NCBI GenBank assembly: GCA_000004985.1
Contig: GG738908.1
DNA length: 64,000 bases
Strand: one strand, 5' to 3'
DNA from: Naegleria gruberi
Taxonomy: Eukaryota
The notes below the pieces were generated by a model. It was given only the letters and a program-made list of their open reading frames with translations. It made no database searches and was not told the DNA's origin. Both the position numbers and the translations under genes were made by a program. This document shows, one piece after another, positions 1 through 10,465 of this stretch (position 1 is the first letter of the stretch; each line of letters begins with the position of its first letter).

Positions 1-477
1 GGCTTGAGCTTGCCTCTTTCGCAATCCAATACTACAATGACCAAAAATATTGGCACTTTTATTTACATGGGACCTGAATCTATCAGTTCAAACACAACAA
101 GTAATTCAGGTGTTGACAAATCTCAAAGAGCTCCCAAAGTTGATGTGTACAGCTTTGCTATTATTATGTGGGAGCTATTCTTTGAGGTATCTCCATATTC
201 TCAATCGGAGAAGGTTAATTATGTATTACAACATTCAATAGGTGATATAATTGCACGAGTTTTACAAGGAGAAAGACCAAGTATTCCATTTCAAAATGAA
301 ATTGAGCTCGAGGAATGGTTACTATTGTATCCAGTACGTGAAAACCTATCAAAAGAAGCACTTGTGAAGAGTATTCTTAAGTATTGTAATATTGTCAGGC
401 AGTGTTGGCATTCAAATCCAATGGAGAGGCCTTCGTTTTCACAAATAATTCAATTATTGAATGGTTTGACGAATTGA
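1..477 (+). CDS. C-terminal fragment of a protein kinase (TKL/receptor-like kinase family); the gene continues upstream of the window
   Basis: ORF 4..477 shows kinase subdomains VIII-XI: GTFIYMGPE, DVYSFAIIMWELF, CWHSNPMERPSF. It is paralogous to the C-terminus of the kinase at 63038..63475 (DVYSFSIIMYELF ... CWSQDPNQRPNF). Stop at 475-477. Confidence 0.7.
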   Translation, partial: GLSLPLSQSNTTMTKNIGTFIYMGPESISSNTTSNSGVDKSQRAPKVDVYSFAIIMWELFFEVSPYSQSEKVNYVLQHSIGDIIARVLQGERPSIPFQNEIELEEWLLLYPVRENLSKEALVKSILKYCNIVRQCWHSNPMERPSFSQIIQLLNGLTN

Positions 478-743
478 TTTATACCGTTACAAAATAAATA
501 TTGTGAAAATTAAAAATCCACCGCAAAAAATAAAACAACAACATAACTTTGATGCAAGCCATTTCATCATCTTCTTTTATAATAACAGTTACTTGGCAAG
601 AAGGAGATAAAAAGAAATAGAATTTGTAGTTCATATTCCATTGTAGTTTGAAAACCGCCTTTTTGAGAAGAGGTTTGGATTCATAGATATGATAACTACA
701 ATCGCCATGAACCTCCAAATACTAATAAGAAAAATTATCGTAA

Positions 744-1327
744 ATGTCTCATGCAATTGGTGTATTGTTATTGTTCATTATTTGTATGATGGTAAGTAGA
801 GTTGCAACCATAAATTAATTTATTCTTCGTGATGATAACAGAGTGTTTTGAGCAATGTTCTCGGCTCAGCCTCATCATCTTCATTATCGGGATGTGTAAC
901 AGATGTCTATTCAATTCCCTATGAAATGTTTGCGAGTCGAATTATTGTTAATAAGGATCAAGATTTGCAATACAAAGTCAAGATTGTAAAGAAGGCTAGT
1001 AATACAAGGAGCAGTAATCTTCTCTCCTCTGATAATACATTGGTAGAGCTCAAGATTGCCTATGATGCTGGATTGAGCGGTGTTGGATCTGTTGGCTATT
1101 CTTTCAATGACACATTAGGATCCATCGTTTTAGAAATCAAATCCAATACTAATGATAATAGTAATAATAATAATAATAATACTGATATCAGCAATCCTAA
1201 CAATTCAACCATTTTCAATTCAACACAACCTGTAAATAATTCATCCAACAATAGTAATTCAACAACAACAACTAATCCTCAAACAAGTACAAATCCAACA
1301 AAACCTTCACCCACCATATTATGGTAA
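744..1327 (+). CDS. Small secreted Asn/Ser/Thr-rich (mucin-like) protein, two exons
   Basis: Proposed structure join(744..791, 842..1327). Exon 1 encodes a signal-peptide-like MSHAIGVLLLFIICMM, followed by a GTAAGT donor at 792. A 50-bp AT-rich intron ends ...ACAG at 841. Exon 2 is the track ORF 848..1327, with poly-N and an S/T/P-rich tail (NDNSNNNNNNTD..NPTKPSPTILW). The splice model is inferred. Confidence 0.45.
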
Positions 1328-1770
1328 AACCGAAAAAGTCTTTGGTTGTTTCATGTGCATCATCGAATAGAGGATTTGTGGAGGGTGTCATTGTTAAATT
1401 GATGAAGAATGGTCTATTCCTTATCTATTCATCAGTTGCATTGTTGTTATTGGGTATTTTCAATTCCATTCATATTACCCAAACAAGAAATGGATTAATA
1501 TTCTCAATGATAGTGTTGGTAATTGCATTTATTGTAATGGGAGGTCAAGTATCACATGCAGTCACAGATCAAGTTTCAGAGATGAAAAGTGGTCTTTCTT
1601 GTGCCATTCCAACTATTACCATCACTGTTCCATCCACATTTGAAATAGATTTAAAACAGGAGGATCCTTCACTTTCACCTGAATTCAAAACAGAAGTGAA
1701 CTTTCTTCCAAAACAAATACAGCTTCATTTCAAAATGGAAGAAATGGATATCAAGGCGAAGAGGCTCTAA
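1321..1770 (+). CDS. Putative small membrane protein (149 aa, two hydrophobic segments)
   Basis: 149-codon ORF with GC content above the flanking intergenic DNA and two TM-like stretches (LFLIYSSVALLLLGIFNSI; LIFSMIVLVIAFIVMGG). No recognisable domain. It cannot be an upstream exon of the 1782 ORF because frame 0 has TAA at 1767 and there is no AG acceptor before 1782. Confidence 0.3.
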   Translation: MVKPKKSLVVSCASSNRGFVEGVIVKLMKNGLFLIYSSVALLLLGIFNSIHITQTRNGLIFSMIVLVIAFIVMGGQVSHAVTDQVSEMKSGLSCAIPTITITVPSTFEIDLKQEDPSLSPEFKTEVNFLPKQIQLHFKMEEMDIKAKRL

Positions 1771-1781
1771 CCATCTCTACT

Positions 1782-4700
1782 ATGTATATTGACAACTGGA
1801 ATGAAATGAATGGACAAACATTCTATGAAGATGATGTTTTATTTGTTGGTTTCTCTGGAACCAGTTTCGAGGGAAGAACGTTAATGAGATTCAGCAACTT
1901 GCAAGGTAAATTACCAGTTGGTGCCTATATTAGCTCTGCATCATTGGATTTGACCTATGTAGCCTGGGTGAAAGGATGTAAGATTAGAGTCAATTATTTG
2001 AATAATACTTGGGTTGTGGCCAAGAAAACAGGTTGGAGATTTAGAAATTACGACCAGAAACTGGAATGGATTAGTGCAGGAGGAGATGTATTATCTAATT
2101 CTTATTCTGTTATGGAAAGTGGAATGAGTGATGATGGAAATCAAATCAAATCCATAGCTCTGGATCCTTATATTGTACAATCGTGGTTTGATGATAATTC
2201 AAAGAATAATGGCGTCATGATTAGCGAGGTTATAGGAACCACCATCAAACCAACAATCTTCGGAGGAAACTCTACTATTAGCTTCAGACCAAGATTAACA
2301 ATAACCTACCAATTACAACCAACCAAGCCTCCACAATACCCAATGGTTTTAGGCTTATTACCACTGAGAATATTTGTACAATCCAAGACTGTTAATTGCT
2401 CACAAATTGATTGTGGCGATGATGATACTGGATCTGGAGCTATCAATGCTCCTTTCAGATCCCTCGCGAAGGCCATCACATTTGCACAACCAAATGATAT
2501 TATTTTGTTGAGAGAGGGTGTTCATGCAGGTAATGTTCAAATTACAAGAAGAAATATTACCATTCAGTCCTACTCAAATGAGAAGGCAATCATTGCTAGC
2601 CCTGTGAATGACCCATCCATTGCAATAGCTCTCTATTTTAGAAGAGATTCTTCGTATTCTACTCTGAGAAATGTAGAACTTGTGGGAGGTTTTGATTATG
2701 CAATCAGATTAGAGTCCAGTATTGATTGGGGTGGAAATAACCTGAAATATGGAGCATCTAATATTGTTATTGAAAATTGTAAGATACACGGTAGTGGCTA
2801 TCACCTAATTAAGATTGACTCTCTTTGTGAGAATGTAAATATTAGAAATAATGAACTTTTTGATGCTGGTAAAAGAGTTAGAACTGGTGGAAGTGCTATT
2901 GTTTGCTATGATACTTTCATGACCAGAATCCAGGATAATTACATTCACCACACTATGGGCGCAGCAGTAATGATCAAGTCAGGTGCCAGAAATTCAATAA
3001 TTGAAAGAAATTATATTAACAAAATTTATGGAGCTGGTATTTTAGTTGGTTTTTATGAGACTGGAGAGTATTTTAGTGATCCAAGCCAGAATCCTCTCTA
3101 TTATCAAGCCGTTAATACCATTGTGAGAAACAATATTCTGAATGATATTTCTGGAGCTGGAATAGGACTTTATTCTGCAAAAAATACACTTATCCTATTC
3201 AACACTATTTGGAAAGCTGCAAAAGATAACCAGGCAGGTATTTTAATTAATGTTGTTCAAACATGGGTCAGTAACAGCTACTCGCCTATTGTACCTTGTA
3301 CCAATGTTACAATCATGAATAATATCATTGGTACAGCTACTGAAAGAATTATAGAGATTCGAACACTCACTAGCTATGTTGATGATTCAGTTGTTGGAGG
3401 ACTAGAGGGTAATATGAATGTATCTTTCAATATTTACTATTCCATGAAGAATGCTAATGGAGTGAATGGTCTCTTTTCTGATCAGAGAAATACTATTGGT
3501 TATGTTGGAGGATTCTCAGGATGGCAAACTAAATATCAGGATTATGGAAGTGTTGAAGGAAATCCTCTAATTGATCCAATAGCTTATTATCCCACCTCAA
3601 CTTCAAATGCTATCGGAAAAGGAATGTATATTCCCTCCACAATCTCAGATTACTTTGGAAGACCAATGAAATCCAAGTTGGTGACTATTGGTGCCTTACA
3701 GTTCCTCAATGATGGTTTCGAAGATGATCCAACCATGAAATATTCCATTACTAACATTATTTACAATCCTTCATTTAATGGAACTGTTCCACCAAAAGAT
3801 GTGCCAACTTGGGCACCTCCAACCACATACAGAACTATTTACGTATCTGCAACCAATGGTAACGACAATTCAGGAAATGGTACCATTGTCAATCCTTTTA
3901 AAACCATCAAAAAGGTTACTGATTCCTCTTTCGCAAAGGATAATGATATTGTAATTGTGAGAGGTGGTATTTATCAAGAAGGAGCCATTCGTATATCTTC
4001 AACCAATTATACTATCAAATCTTATGAGAATGAGATTGTCACGATTGTTAGTGATATTAACAATGGTAATATTTTATGGGGAATTAAAACCTTTTCCAAA
4101 TTTGTAACCATTGAAGGGTTGGAAATTGTTGGTTCATTCTACTATGGACTAATGATTGACTCTTCAGATGTTACCATAAGAAAGGTCAAGATTCATGATA
4201 CAGGTTCAGATTGTATTAAACTTTCTCCTTTCACCAAGAGAATTTCCATTCTCCAGAGCGAAATTTACCATTGTGGAAAGAGAAAAACCTATCAAGCAGG
4301 TAATCCAAATCAAGATTCAGCAAGTGGTGATGGCATTCGATGTGTTAATGTAGATGATGTATTCATTAGTAGAAATTACATTCACGATCTCACTGGAACA
4401 GCCATAAAAACTCAAGGAGGAGGTCTTAGGGCTATAATTGAGAGAAATCTCATTCTTAATATTGGAGGCTTAGGAATTACTTTAGGATTTTATGAAGAAA
4501 CTTCCTATATGGATCCAACACAGAATGTATACTACTATGAAGCTATTGAAGGATTAGTGAGGAATAATATTATAGTCAATGTGCAAGGATGTGGTGTAGG
4601 TCTCTATGCATCGAAAAATTCTAGAGTTTTACACAATACCATTGTGAGTTCAGCCCTTTCGATGCAAGTTCCTATTTTATTGGCTGCTAGTCCTCATACA

Positions 4701-7622
4701 ATCAATAGCGTAGAGATTGCAGGTCAGAGTAATCACAATCCAATGGTTAAGAATAATATTGTGCAAGTTTCAGAATCTGGTATAACTCAGACAATTTATG
4801 AAATCAGAGTTCAGGATGGAGATGCTTTGGATAACTCTAAACTAGATTCAAATTTCAATATTTATTACAGTAATTTCAATAATTACCATGGAAACTCTTT
4901 GGCGAATATCAATTTTATGGATAGAAGATTATCAAGCTACCTGTTTACTTCTGATTTTCATTTATGGAGAGCTCATATTCAATCTGATTACAACTCGTCT
5001 ATAACTGATCCAAAACTTGATTTCAATTTGAACATTGGAGAAGACAGTCCAGCTAGAAATACAGCACCTCTTCTTTCTGAAGTTTCTGAAGATTTCTATG
5101 GTAATTCAAGATCAGAAAACAATAATGACATTGGTGCCCTATTATTCACAACTGATTTGTCAAATTCTTCGTACTATCCTCCTGTAGTTGGAAGTTTATT
5201 ATTGAAGAGTGGTAAAAACGTATGCTCTGGAAATATGAGCTCGTTTGAAACTCCTAGAACCTACTATGTACATAATATTGAGGGTTCGGACACTGATTGT
5301 TTGGGAACTTTTGACATGCCCTTCAAAACTATTCAACAGGCACTCGCGGTAGCTTCTCCCTTCAGTAATATAACGATAAGGTACACTGGAGTGTCCTACA
5401 ATGAATCGTTATCTATCAAGACACCCTATTTGAGAATTTCAACATTTGAGAATGATCCATACGAGGCATTGATTCTTTCTTCAATTTATTCACCATCTAT
5501 TCTTCATACTTTGAGATTTGAATCAACTGCTTTCGGTTGTTCTCTTAGTAGATTACATCTTCAAGGAGGATATTTCTATACTCTTAAAGTAGATGCAGAT
5601 AATATTCAAGTAGATCGCTCAATTATTCACTATTGCGGTACTAAATGTGTGTTTGCCTTAAATGCTGATAATTTCACACTCACCAACAGCGAAGTGTATG
5701 ATTCTGGAATGAGAGATCCAAGCGAAGGTGAAGGAGTTCATGCGGTTGTTTCCCATAACTTTGAATGTAAGGACAACTATGTTCATGACATTACTGCCGA
5801 TGCTATCAAATTAGAAGGAGGGTCATCTCACGCAATAATTGCTGGTAATGCTATTTCTAATGCAGATAGAGGTATTCTAGTTGGTGGAAGAATTGATAAT
5901 TTGGATTTATTTGAAAAATCTAATACTCATCTTTATGAAACGTATAATTCTTCGGTTTATAATAATATTATTTCAAACACATTTGGAGTTGGAATTGCAA
6001 TGTATGGAGCTAAGCAATGTGAAATTTATTTCAATACCATTCTGAATACATGTATTACTAACACACAAGGAGCAGCCATTCATTTGGCTAGTACGAAACA
6101 TAGAAATTTAGTTATTACTCCAGTTGACTCCCTAGTTATTGTAAACAATATTGTTTATAATAGCGATCCAAGCAATGCAGGTGCCATGATTAGAATTGAT
6201 GAAGGTCTTGAGGGTTTTTCAGCATCCATCACTGGATCTGTCGTAATGAACAATAACCTGTATTATTCCAACAAATCATCCGTGTTTGTGGATGGAAGAA
6301 AGGCAACTAAATTTTCAGGAAACTTTAATATTTGGAAAACTCAAATCTCCAACTACTTTGGAAATGGAAACGAAGTCAACAGCTTGAACGTAGCTCCATT
6401 ATTAGATACTGATAATCTTTCTCCAAAGGGCTCTTCACCTGTGATATCTTCTGGACAAATTTCTTCAATAACTCAATCCATAACAAGCGATTTTTATGGC
6501 AATGTCAGAGATTCAATTAATTCTTCTGATATTGGTGCCATAGTGGGTGATGCTCTCATTGTTTCCAAATCAAAGCCAAGAACTATTCCACTGAATATTT
6601 CTAAGATTGCCCTCTCCAAAAGTTCAAACATTGTTAGATATCCTCCAAGCGGAAAGCAATCAACATGGTTTGTTCCTGGCTATACAACAGTTGACGATCC
6701 ATCCCTGTTTGATTTGTCCAATTGTTCTATCTATCCTTCTGATAATCCATGGAATCAAGATATTTCCAATCTACCTGTTCATCCTCGATCTGATGCCTTC
6801 ATTAATAATGTACCAAAGAAGTTTCTTCATGCAGACTTTGGAACGACATACGATGGTGCACTGAATGGTATTCCTTATGTAATTGTAACCAAAGATCAAG
6901 AAAAAGTTGGAATTACTCTGACTTCCTATGCTTCTGAATCTGATCCAGGTCCATATCCATTTCCAGAAGGAGCTCCTATTGAGGGAGGCCCTAATTCTAA
7001 TGGAGATCGACATATAATTGTATTGGAAAAGGATAGTTGTAAGCTGTACGAAACTTGGAGAACTTTCCCTATTTTGAAACAGTATCGTGAATCAGAGGGA
7101 GGAAACTTTTTCACAGCCGAATGTGGAGCTATTTTCGATTTGAAGTCAAACAATTTAAGACCACTTGGATATACTTCATCTGATGCGGCTGGTTTACCTG
7201 TTTATCCAGGACTTGTAAAGTATGACGAAATTGTTGTAAAGAAACAACTCAATCATGCTGTCAGATTCACAGTAATGACAAGTCAGAAAGCTTACATCTT
7301 ACCAGCTACTCACTTTGCCTCCTCAAATACGAATCCAAATATCATGCCAATGGGATTGAGATTGAGAATGAAGGCAACCTATGATTGTTCTCTCTTATCA
7401 GAGGAAATTCAAGTAATTTGCGCAGGATTGAAAAAGTTTGGCATGATTTTGGCAGACAATGGTGGAGATTTTTATGTTTCAGGATCTCCACATCCATTGT
7501 GGGATGATAATCACCTCAATGATATGAAGAAGATTCCATCTCTTGCCTTTGAAGTTGTCTACACTGGAAAGACATGTATTGATCCTAGTTGTAACACATG
7601 GAGAGATGAAATTATCAATTAA
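1782..7622 (+). CDS. Intronless 1946-aa protein with three tandem right-handed parallel beta-helix modules (DUF1565/pectate-lyase-like, PbH1 repeats) plus a C-terminal globular domain of about 430 aa
   Basis: Single 5.8-kb ORF. Three modules each begin with a DUF1565-like signature: G.D..GSG..NAPFRSLAKAI.FAQPNDIILL.EGVH; NGNDNSGNGTIVNPFKTIKKV...DNDIVIVRGGIY; EGSDTDCLGTFDMPFKTIQQALAVASP. These are followed by NxI/NN..I beta-helix rungs (e.g. NIVIENCKIHGSGYHLIKID). There are many NxT/S sites and no N-terminal signal peptide. The internal small ORFs 6607..7153 are alternative-frame noise. Confidence 0.8.
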   Translation: MYIDNWNEMNGQTFYEDDVLFVGFSGTSFEGRTLMRFSNLQGKLPVGAYISSASLDLTYVAWVKGCKIRVNYLNNTWVVAKKTGWRFRNYDQKLEWISAGGDVLSNSYSVMESGMSDDGNQIKSIALDPYIVQSWFDDNSKNNGVMISEVIGTTIKPTIFGGNSTISFRPRLTITYQLQPTKPPQYPMVLGLLPLRIFVQSKTVNCSQIDCGDDDTGSGAINAPFRSLAKAITFAQPNDIILLREGVHAGNVQITRRNITIQSYSNEKAIIASPVNDPSIAIALYFRRDSSYSTLRNVELVGGFDYAIRLESSIDWGGNNLKYGASNIVIENCKIHGSGYHLIKIDSLCENVNIRNNELFDAGKRVRTGGSAIVCYDTFMTRIQDNYIHHTMGAAVMIKSGARNSIIERNYINKIYGAGILVGFYETGEYFSDPSQNPLYYQAVNTIVRNNILNDISGAGIGLYSAKNTLILFNTIWKAAKDNQAGILINVVQTWVSNSYSPIVPCTNVTIMNNIIGTATERIIEIRTLTSYVDDSVVGGLEGNMNVSFNIYYSMKNANGVNGLFSDQRNTIGYVGGFSGWQTKYQDYGSVEGNPLIDPIAYYPTSTSNAIGKGMYIPSTISDYFGRPMKSKLVTIGALQFLNDGFEDDPTMKYSITNIIYNPSFNGTVPPKDVPTWAPPTTYRTIYVSATNGNDNSGNGTIVNPFKTIKKVTDSSFAKDNDIVIVRGGIYQEGAIRISSTNYTIKSYENEIVTIVSDINNGNILWGIKTFSKFVTIEGLEIVGSFYYGLMIDSSDVTIRKVKIHDTGSDCIKLSPFTKRISILQSEIYHCGKRKTYQAGNPNQDSASGDGIRCVNVDDVFISRNYIHDLTGTAIKTQGGGLRAIIERNLILNIGGLGITLGFYEETSYMDPTQNVYYYEAIEGLVRNNIIVNVQGCGVGLYASKNSRVLHNTIVSSALSMQVPILLAASPHTINSVEIAGQSNHNPMVKNNIVQVSESGITQTIYEIRVQDGDALDNSKLDSNFNIYYSNFNNYHGNSLANINFMDRRLSSYLFTSDFHLWRAHIQSDYNSSITDPKLDFNLNIGEDSPARNTAPLLSEVSEDFYGNSRSENNNDIGALLFTTDLSNSSYYPPVVGSLLLKSGKNVCSGNMSSFETPRTYYVHNIEGSDTDCLGTFDMPFKTIQQALAVASPFSNITIRYTGVSYNESLSIKTPYLRISTFENDPYEALILSSIYSPSILHTLRFESTAFGCSLSRLHLQGGYFYTLKVDADNIQVDRSIIHYCGTKCVFALNADNFTLTNSEVYDSGMRDPSEGEGVHAVVSHNFECKDNYVHDITADAIKLEGGSSHAIIAGNAISNADRGILVGGRIDNLDLFEKSNTHLYETYNSSVYNNIISNTFGVGIAMYGAKQCEIYFNTILNTCITNTQGAAIHLASTKHRNLVITPVDSLVIVNNIVYNSDPSNAGAMIRIDEGLEGFSASITGSVVMNNNLYYSNKSSVFVDGRKATKFSGNFNIWKTQISNYFGNGNEVNSLNVAPLLDTDNLSPKGSSPVISSGQISSITQSITSDFYGNVRDSINSSDIGAIVGDALIVSKSKPRTIPLNISKIALSKSSNIVRYPPSGKQSTWFVPGYTTVDDPSLFDLSNCSIYPSDNPWNQDISNLPVHPRSDAFINNVPKKFLHADFGTTYDGALNGIPYVIVTKDQEKVGITLTSYASESDPGPYPFPEGAPIEGGPNSNGDRHIIVLEKDSCKLYETWRTFPILKQYRESEGGNFFTAECGAIFDLKSNNLRPLGYTSSDAAGLPVYPGLVKYDEIVVKKQLNHAVRFTVMTSQKAYILPATHFASSNTNPNIMPMGLRLRMKATYDCSLLSEEIQVICAGLKKFGMILADNGGDFYVSGSPHPLWDDNHLNDMKKIPSLAFEVVYTGKTCIDPSCNTWRDEIIN

Positions 7623-8150
7623 AAGTTTCTTTTTAAGATGAAAAAAGGTGACAGAAGGATCAGGTCGATCTCTTTTCACAGCAATCCAATCTTCCTGACT
7701 TCTGCCACCCATATAGTATATTGGTATATTTCTTTTGCTGAATAGATTGCTGATAATCTTGTTGAAGCAAATGATTTACAATCATGACAACAACAGTAGA
7801 GATTGAACCATTTTGGTTTTCCTTTAATTTGTTTTTGAAAATATCCAAATTGAACTTTCATTAAGGTTGGTTTATAATCTTTCCAACCATTACAACAGGA
7901 TTCCTTGTCTGGTTCATCTTTTACATCCCAAATAAATTGACTTTGTGTTCATTACATTCCTGTAACATGAACAGGTTGCAATAGTTTCAAAGTTGTGTAA
8001 CAAATGAAACGTTGAGATTTTATTAAGGACCTTATTTCATTTCTAATTGAAAACTGATATTTGAGGAGATAAAATGGATCTTATTTGATGTTTCTTATCG
8101 GTGTTATTCTTTACAAAAATATAATACCATAAGAGCGATTATAGCGCAAC

Positions 8151-9791
8151 ATGAAACTAAAGGATCGAGATTCTAATAACCAATCGGACAACCAGGAGTG
8201 TGAAAAGAATGAATTCGAAAAAATGTCGCAAGAGAATGAAGAGGAGATTGTTATTGTTGGTAGTAGTAGCTTGGAGCAGGAGGAAAACGGCATGAAGAGA
8301 ATATTTAGTTGGATTTCGTCTCGTTTAAAATCTGAAAAAACTAACAATGGACCAAAACTTTATTCCAAACGATGGGGAATTTTATTAATTTATGGCTTGA
8401 CTTTATTAATTTCCATCATGTACCAATCCACATTTTCGTCCATAAGGTATTTAGTCAACTTTCTAATAGAAATTACAACTAACTGAATAATAATTAGCAC
8501 CATAGCAATGCAATATTACAAAATTCCAAACCAAAACTGGAAAATCAACATGATGACCCTCATTTACATGATCCTAAACATTCCCGCCTCAATCACAGGT
8601 TCCTTCCTCACCAAAAAGTTTGGCCTCAGATTTGGCATGATTCTCGTGGCGTGGTTAAATTTCATTGGTGGTTGCATTCGATGTTTAGGATACAAAAAGG
8701 GAAACGAAACATTCTTTTGGATTGCATTTGGTGGTCAGATTTTCTGTGCCCTAGCTCAACCATTGGCCTTAAATAGTGCAACACTTTTGGCATTTAATTG
8801 GTTTGGTGAGAAGGAGAGAACTGTTGTGTCTGTGGTTAGTGTATTGATGGCCATATTTGGAGGTGGTGCTTCTTTTGCAATTGGTCCAAGTTTACTAACT
8901 GCTGGATCGACGGATATGTCAGGTTCTGAATTTGGAATGTTGACTTTTTTGGGAGCTCAGGTTTTGATTGCCACGATGAATTTATTGTTGGTTGTAGTAT
9001 TTTTCAAAGCAAATCCTCCAACGCCACCTATTCTACTCAAGAGCTCAAAATCAGAAGAAACCATTGCTTCCATCAATAGTGAGCCAGCAATGGAGGACGA
9101 AAGTAGTCGAAAGAATGACGAAACTTTATCACTAATTGACATTGGCACAAAACAAACATTCTTTGAAGGTGTCAAATCAATCATCACAGACATTCATTTC
9201 ATCAACTTGGCTCTTGCCTTTACCTTTGTCAATTCTGTATTTAGCTCATTCGCCTCAATTCTAAATCAAGTAATTCAATCGAAAGGATACACACCATTCG
9301 ATGGTTCCAAATTCAACATAATCATGATGGTTTGCAGTGTGATTGGATCCATCGTCATGGGAATTCTCTTTGACAAGACGAAACGTTACAAACTCATTGC
9401 CATGATGAGCAGTTTATTAGCAACTTTTGGATTTGCATGTTTTGCAACTGTCATGATTTGGAATCGATCTGATTTTCTATTTGGAATGGGTTTATTTTCT
9501 CATTTGTTTATTGGGCTATTTGCCATTCCAACACTTCCTCTCATTGCACAAATGATTGCTGACGTGACCTTTCCAGTCTTACCTTCCACTTCGGCTGCTC
9601 TTGCTGGAGGTTTTGGAACTGTTTGTGCTGGAATTTATTTGATTATTATTAATTTTATTCAGGAATATGTTTCGAATGAAACTTCTTCGATTGTGATATT
9701 GTGGATGGATGTTGGAATGATGCTAATGTGTTTTATCATGTTGAGTTTATTTAGAGGAAAATTCAAAAGAACACTTTCAGAAAAATCCTAA
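8151..9791 (+). CDS. Major facilitator superfamily transporter (FLVCR/MFSD7-like), two exons
   Basis: Proposed structure join(8151..8446, 8498..9791). Exon 1 ends ...RWGILLIYGLTLLISIMYQSTFSSI at a GTATTT donor (8447). A 51-bp in-frame intron removes the TGA at 8484 and ends at AG 8496-8497. Exon 2 encodes 12-TM-like segments (GMILVAWLNFIGGCIRCLG; GGGASFAIGPSLL; AGGFGTVCAGIYLIII). Confidence 0.75.
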
Positions 9792-9908
9792 TTCTTAATT
9801 TCCTAAAATAGTAATAGTTTCAAATTTATTGAAAATTGAACTAATTGTAAATTAATTGTAATATATTATAAATGGATGCTTGACCATCAATATTGCTAAA
9901 ATTGCGAA

Positions 9909-10205
9909 TTATTTCCTTATCTTCCTATTATATTCAATTATGAAATCTTGAATTTTAATGTAAATATTATCCTGAACTGCATAATCATGAACCTCTTCAA
10001 ATCCCTCAACATAATCTGATTCATCATATTTGCTGGGATTTACTTGAGAAAGACCCATTTCTTCGACTAGATCTTCAATTTGCTTTACAATGCAATTGAT
10101 TTTGTAAAATTCCAAGTCGAGTGGGAGAGAATTTCTCTCTGTCAGGTGATTTAAAACTTGGTTTAGAACCCTTTCGACTGCCTTGTCGCCGGCACTGCTG
10201 AACAT
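9909..10205 (-). CDS. Hypothetical small acidic protein (98 aa)
   Basis: ATG-initiated ORF lying between the MFS gene and the 3' end of the PARP gene. It has coding-like composition but no domain I can recognise. Confidence 0.35.
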   Translation of the reverse strand: MFSSAGDKAVERVLNQVLNHLTERNSLPLDLEFYKINCIVKQIEDLVEEMGLSQVNPSKYDESDYVEGFEEVHDYAVQDNIYIKIQDFIIEYNRKIRK

Positions 10206-10465
10206 GGCGAAACATTTTTTTGAATCGTTTCAATTGTTGTTCTTCTTGATTAGTAGAAATTTATGGTAAAATTACAAATATGGATAATTTCTTTTTTAGA
10301 TATTTTCAAAAAACATAATTTAATAATAAATTGAACTAGTAGGAATGTAAATTATTGGTCATCTGAAATGATCTTGTTGATAAGATTTGATATTTATTTT
10401 GTGTTGAGATGTGAACTAATTCTCTCACATCGTGAAGTGAAATCAATAATTCTTTGATTGCTTCC

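Noticed and set aside
1321-1781. ORF 1321..1770 as a signal-peptide exon of the downstream beta-helix gene
   Set aside because: Frame 0 has TAA at 1767, no AG acceptor exists between 1770 and the ATG at 1782, and the only GT donor near 1324 produces an in-frame stop. It is kept as a separate low-confidence gene.
6607-7153. Short ORFs (6607..6864 on plus; 6771..7013 and 6926..7153 on minus) inside the beta-helix gene
   Set aside because: They lie wholly within the continuous 1946-codon ORF in other frames or on the other strand. They have no motifs, and ORFs of this size are expected by chance.
7479-7861. Minus-strand small ORFs with a Cys-rich peptide (..CCNGW..CCCHDC..) downstream of the beta-helix gene
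   Set aside because: They are short, with no ATG in a good context and no recognisable domain. They could be a small Cys-rich gene but there is not enough evidence.
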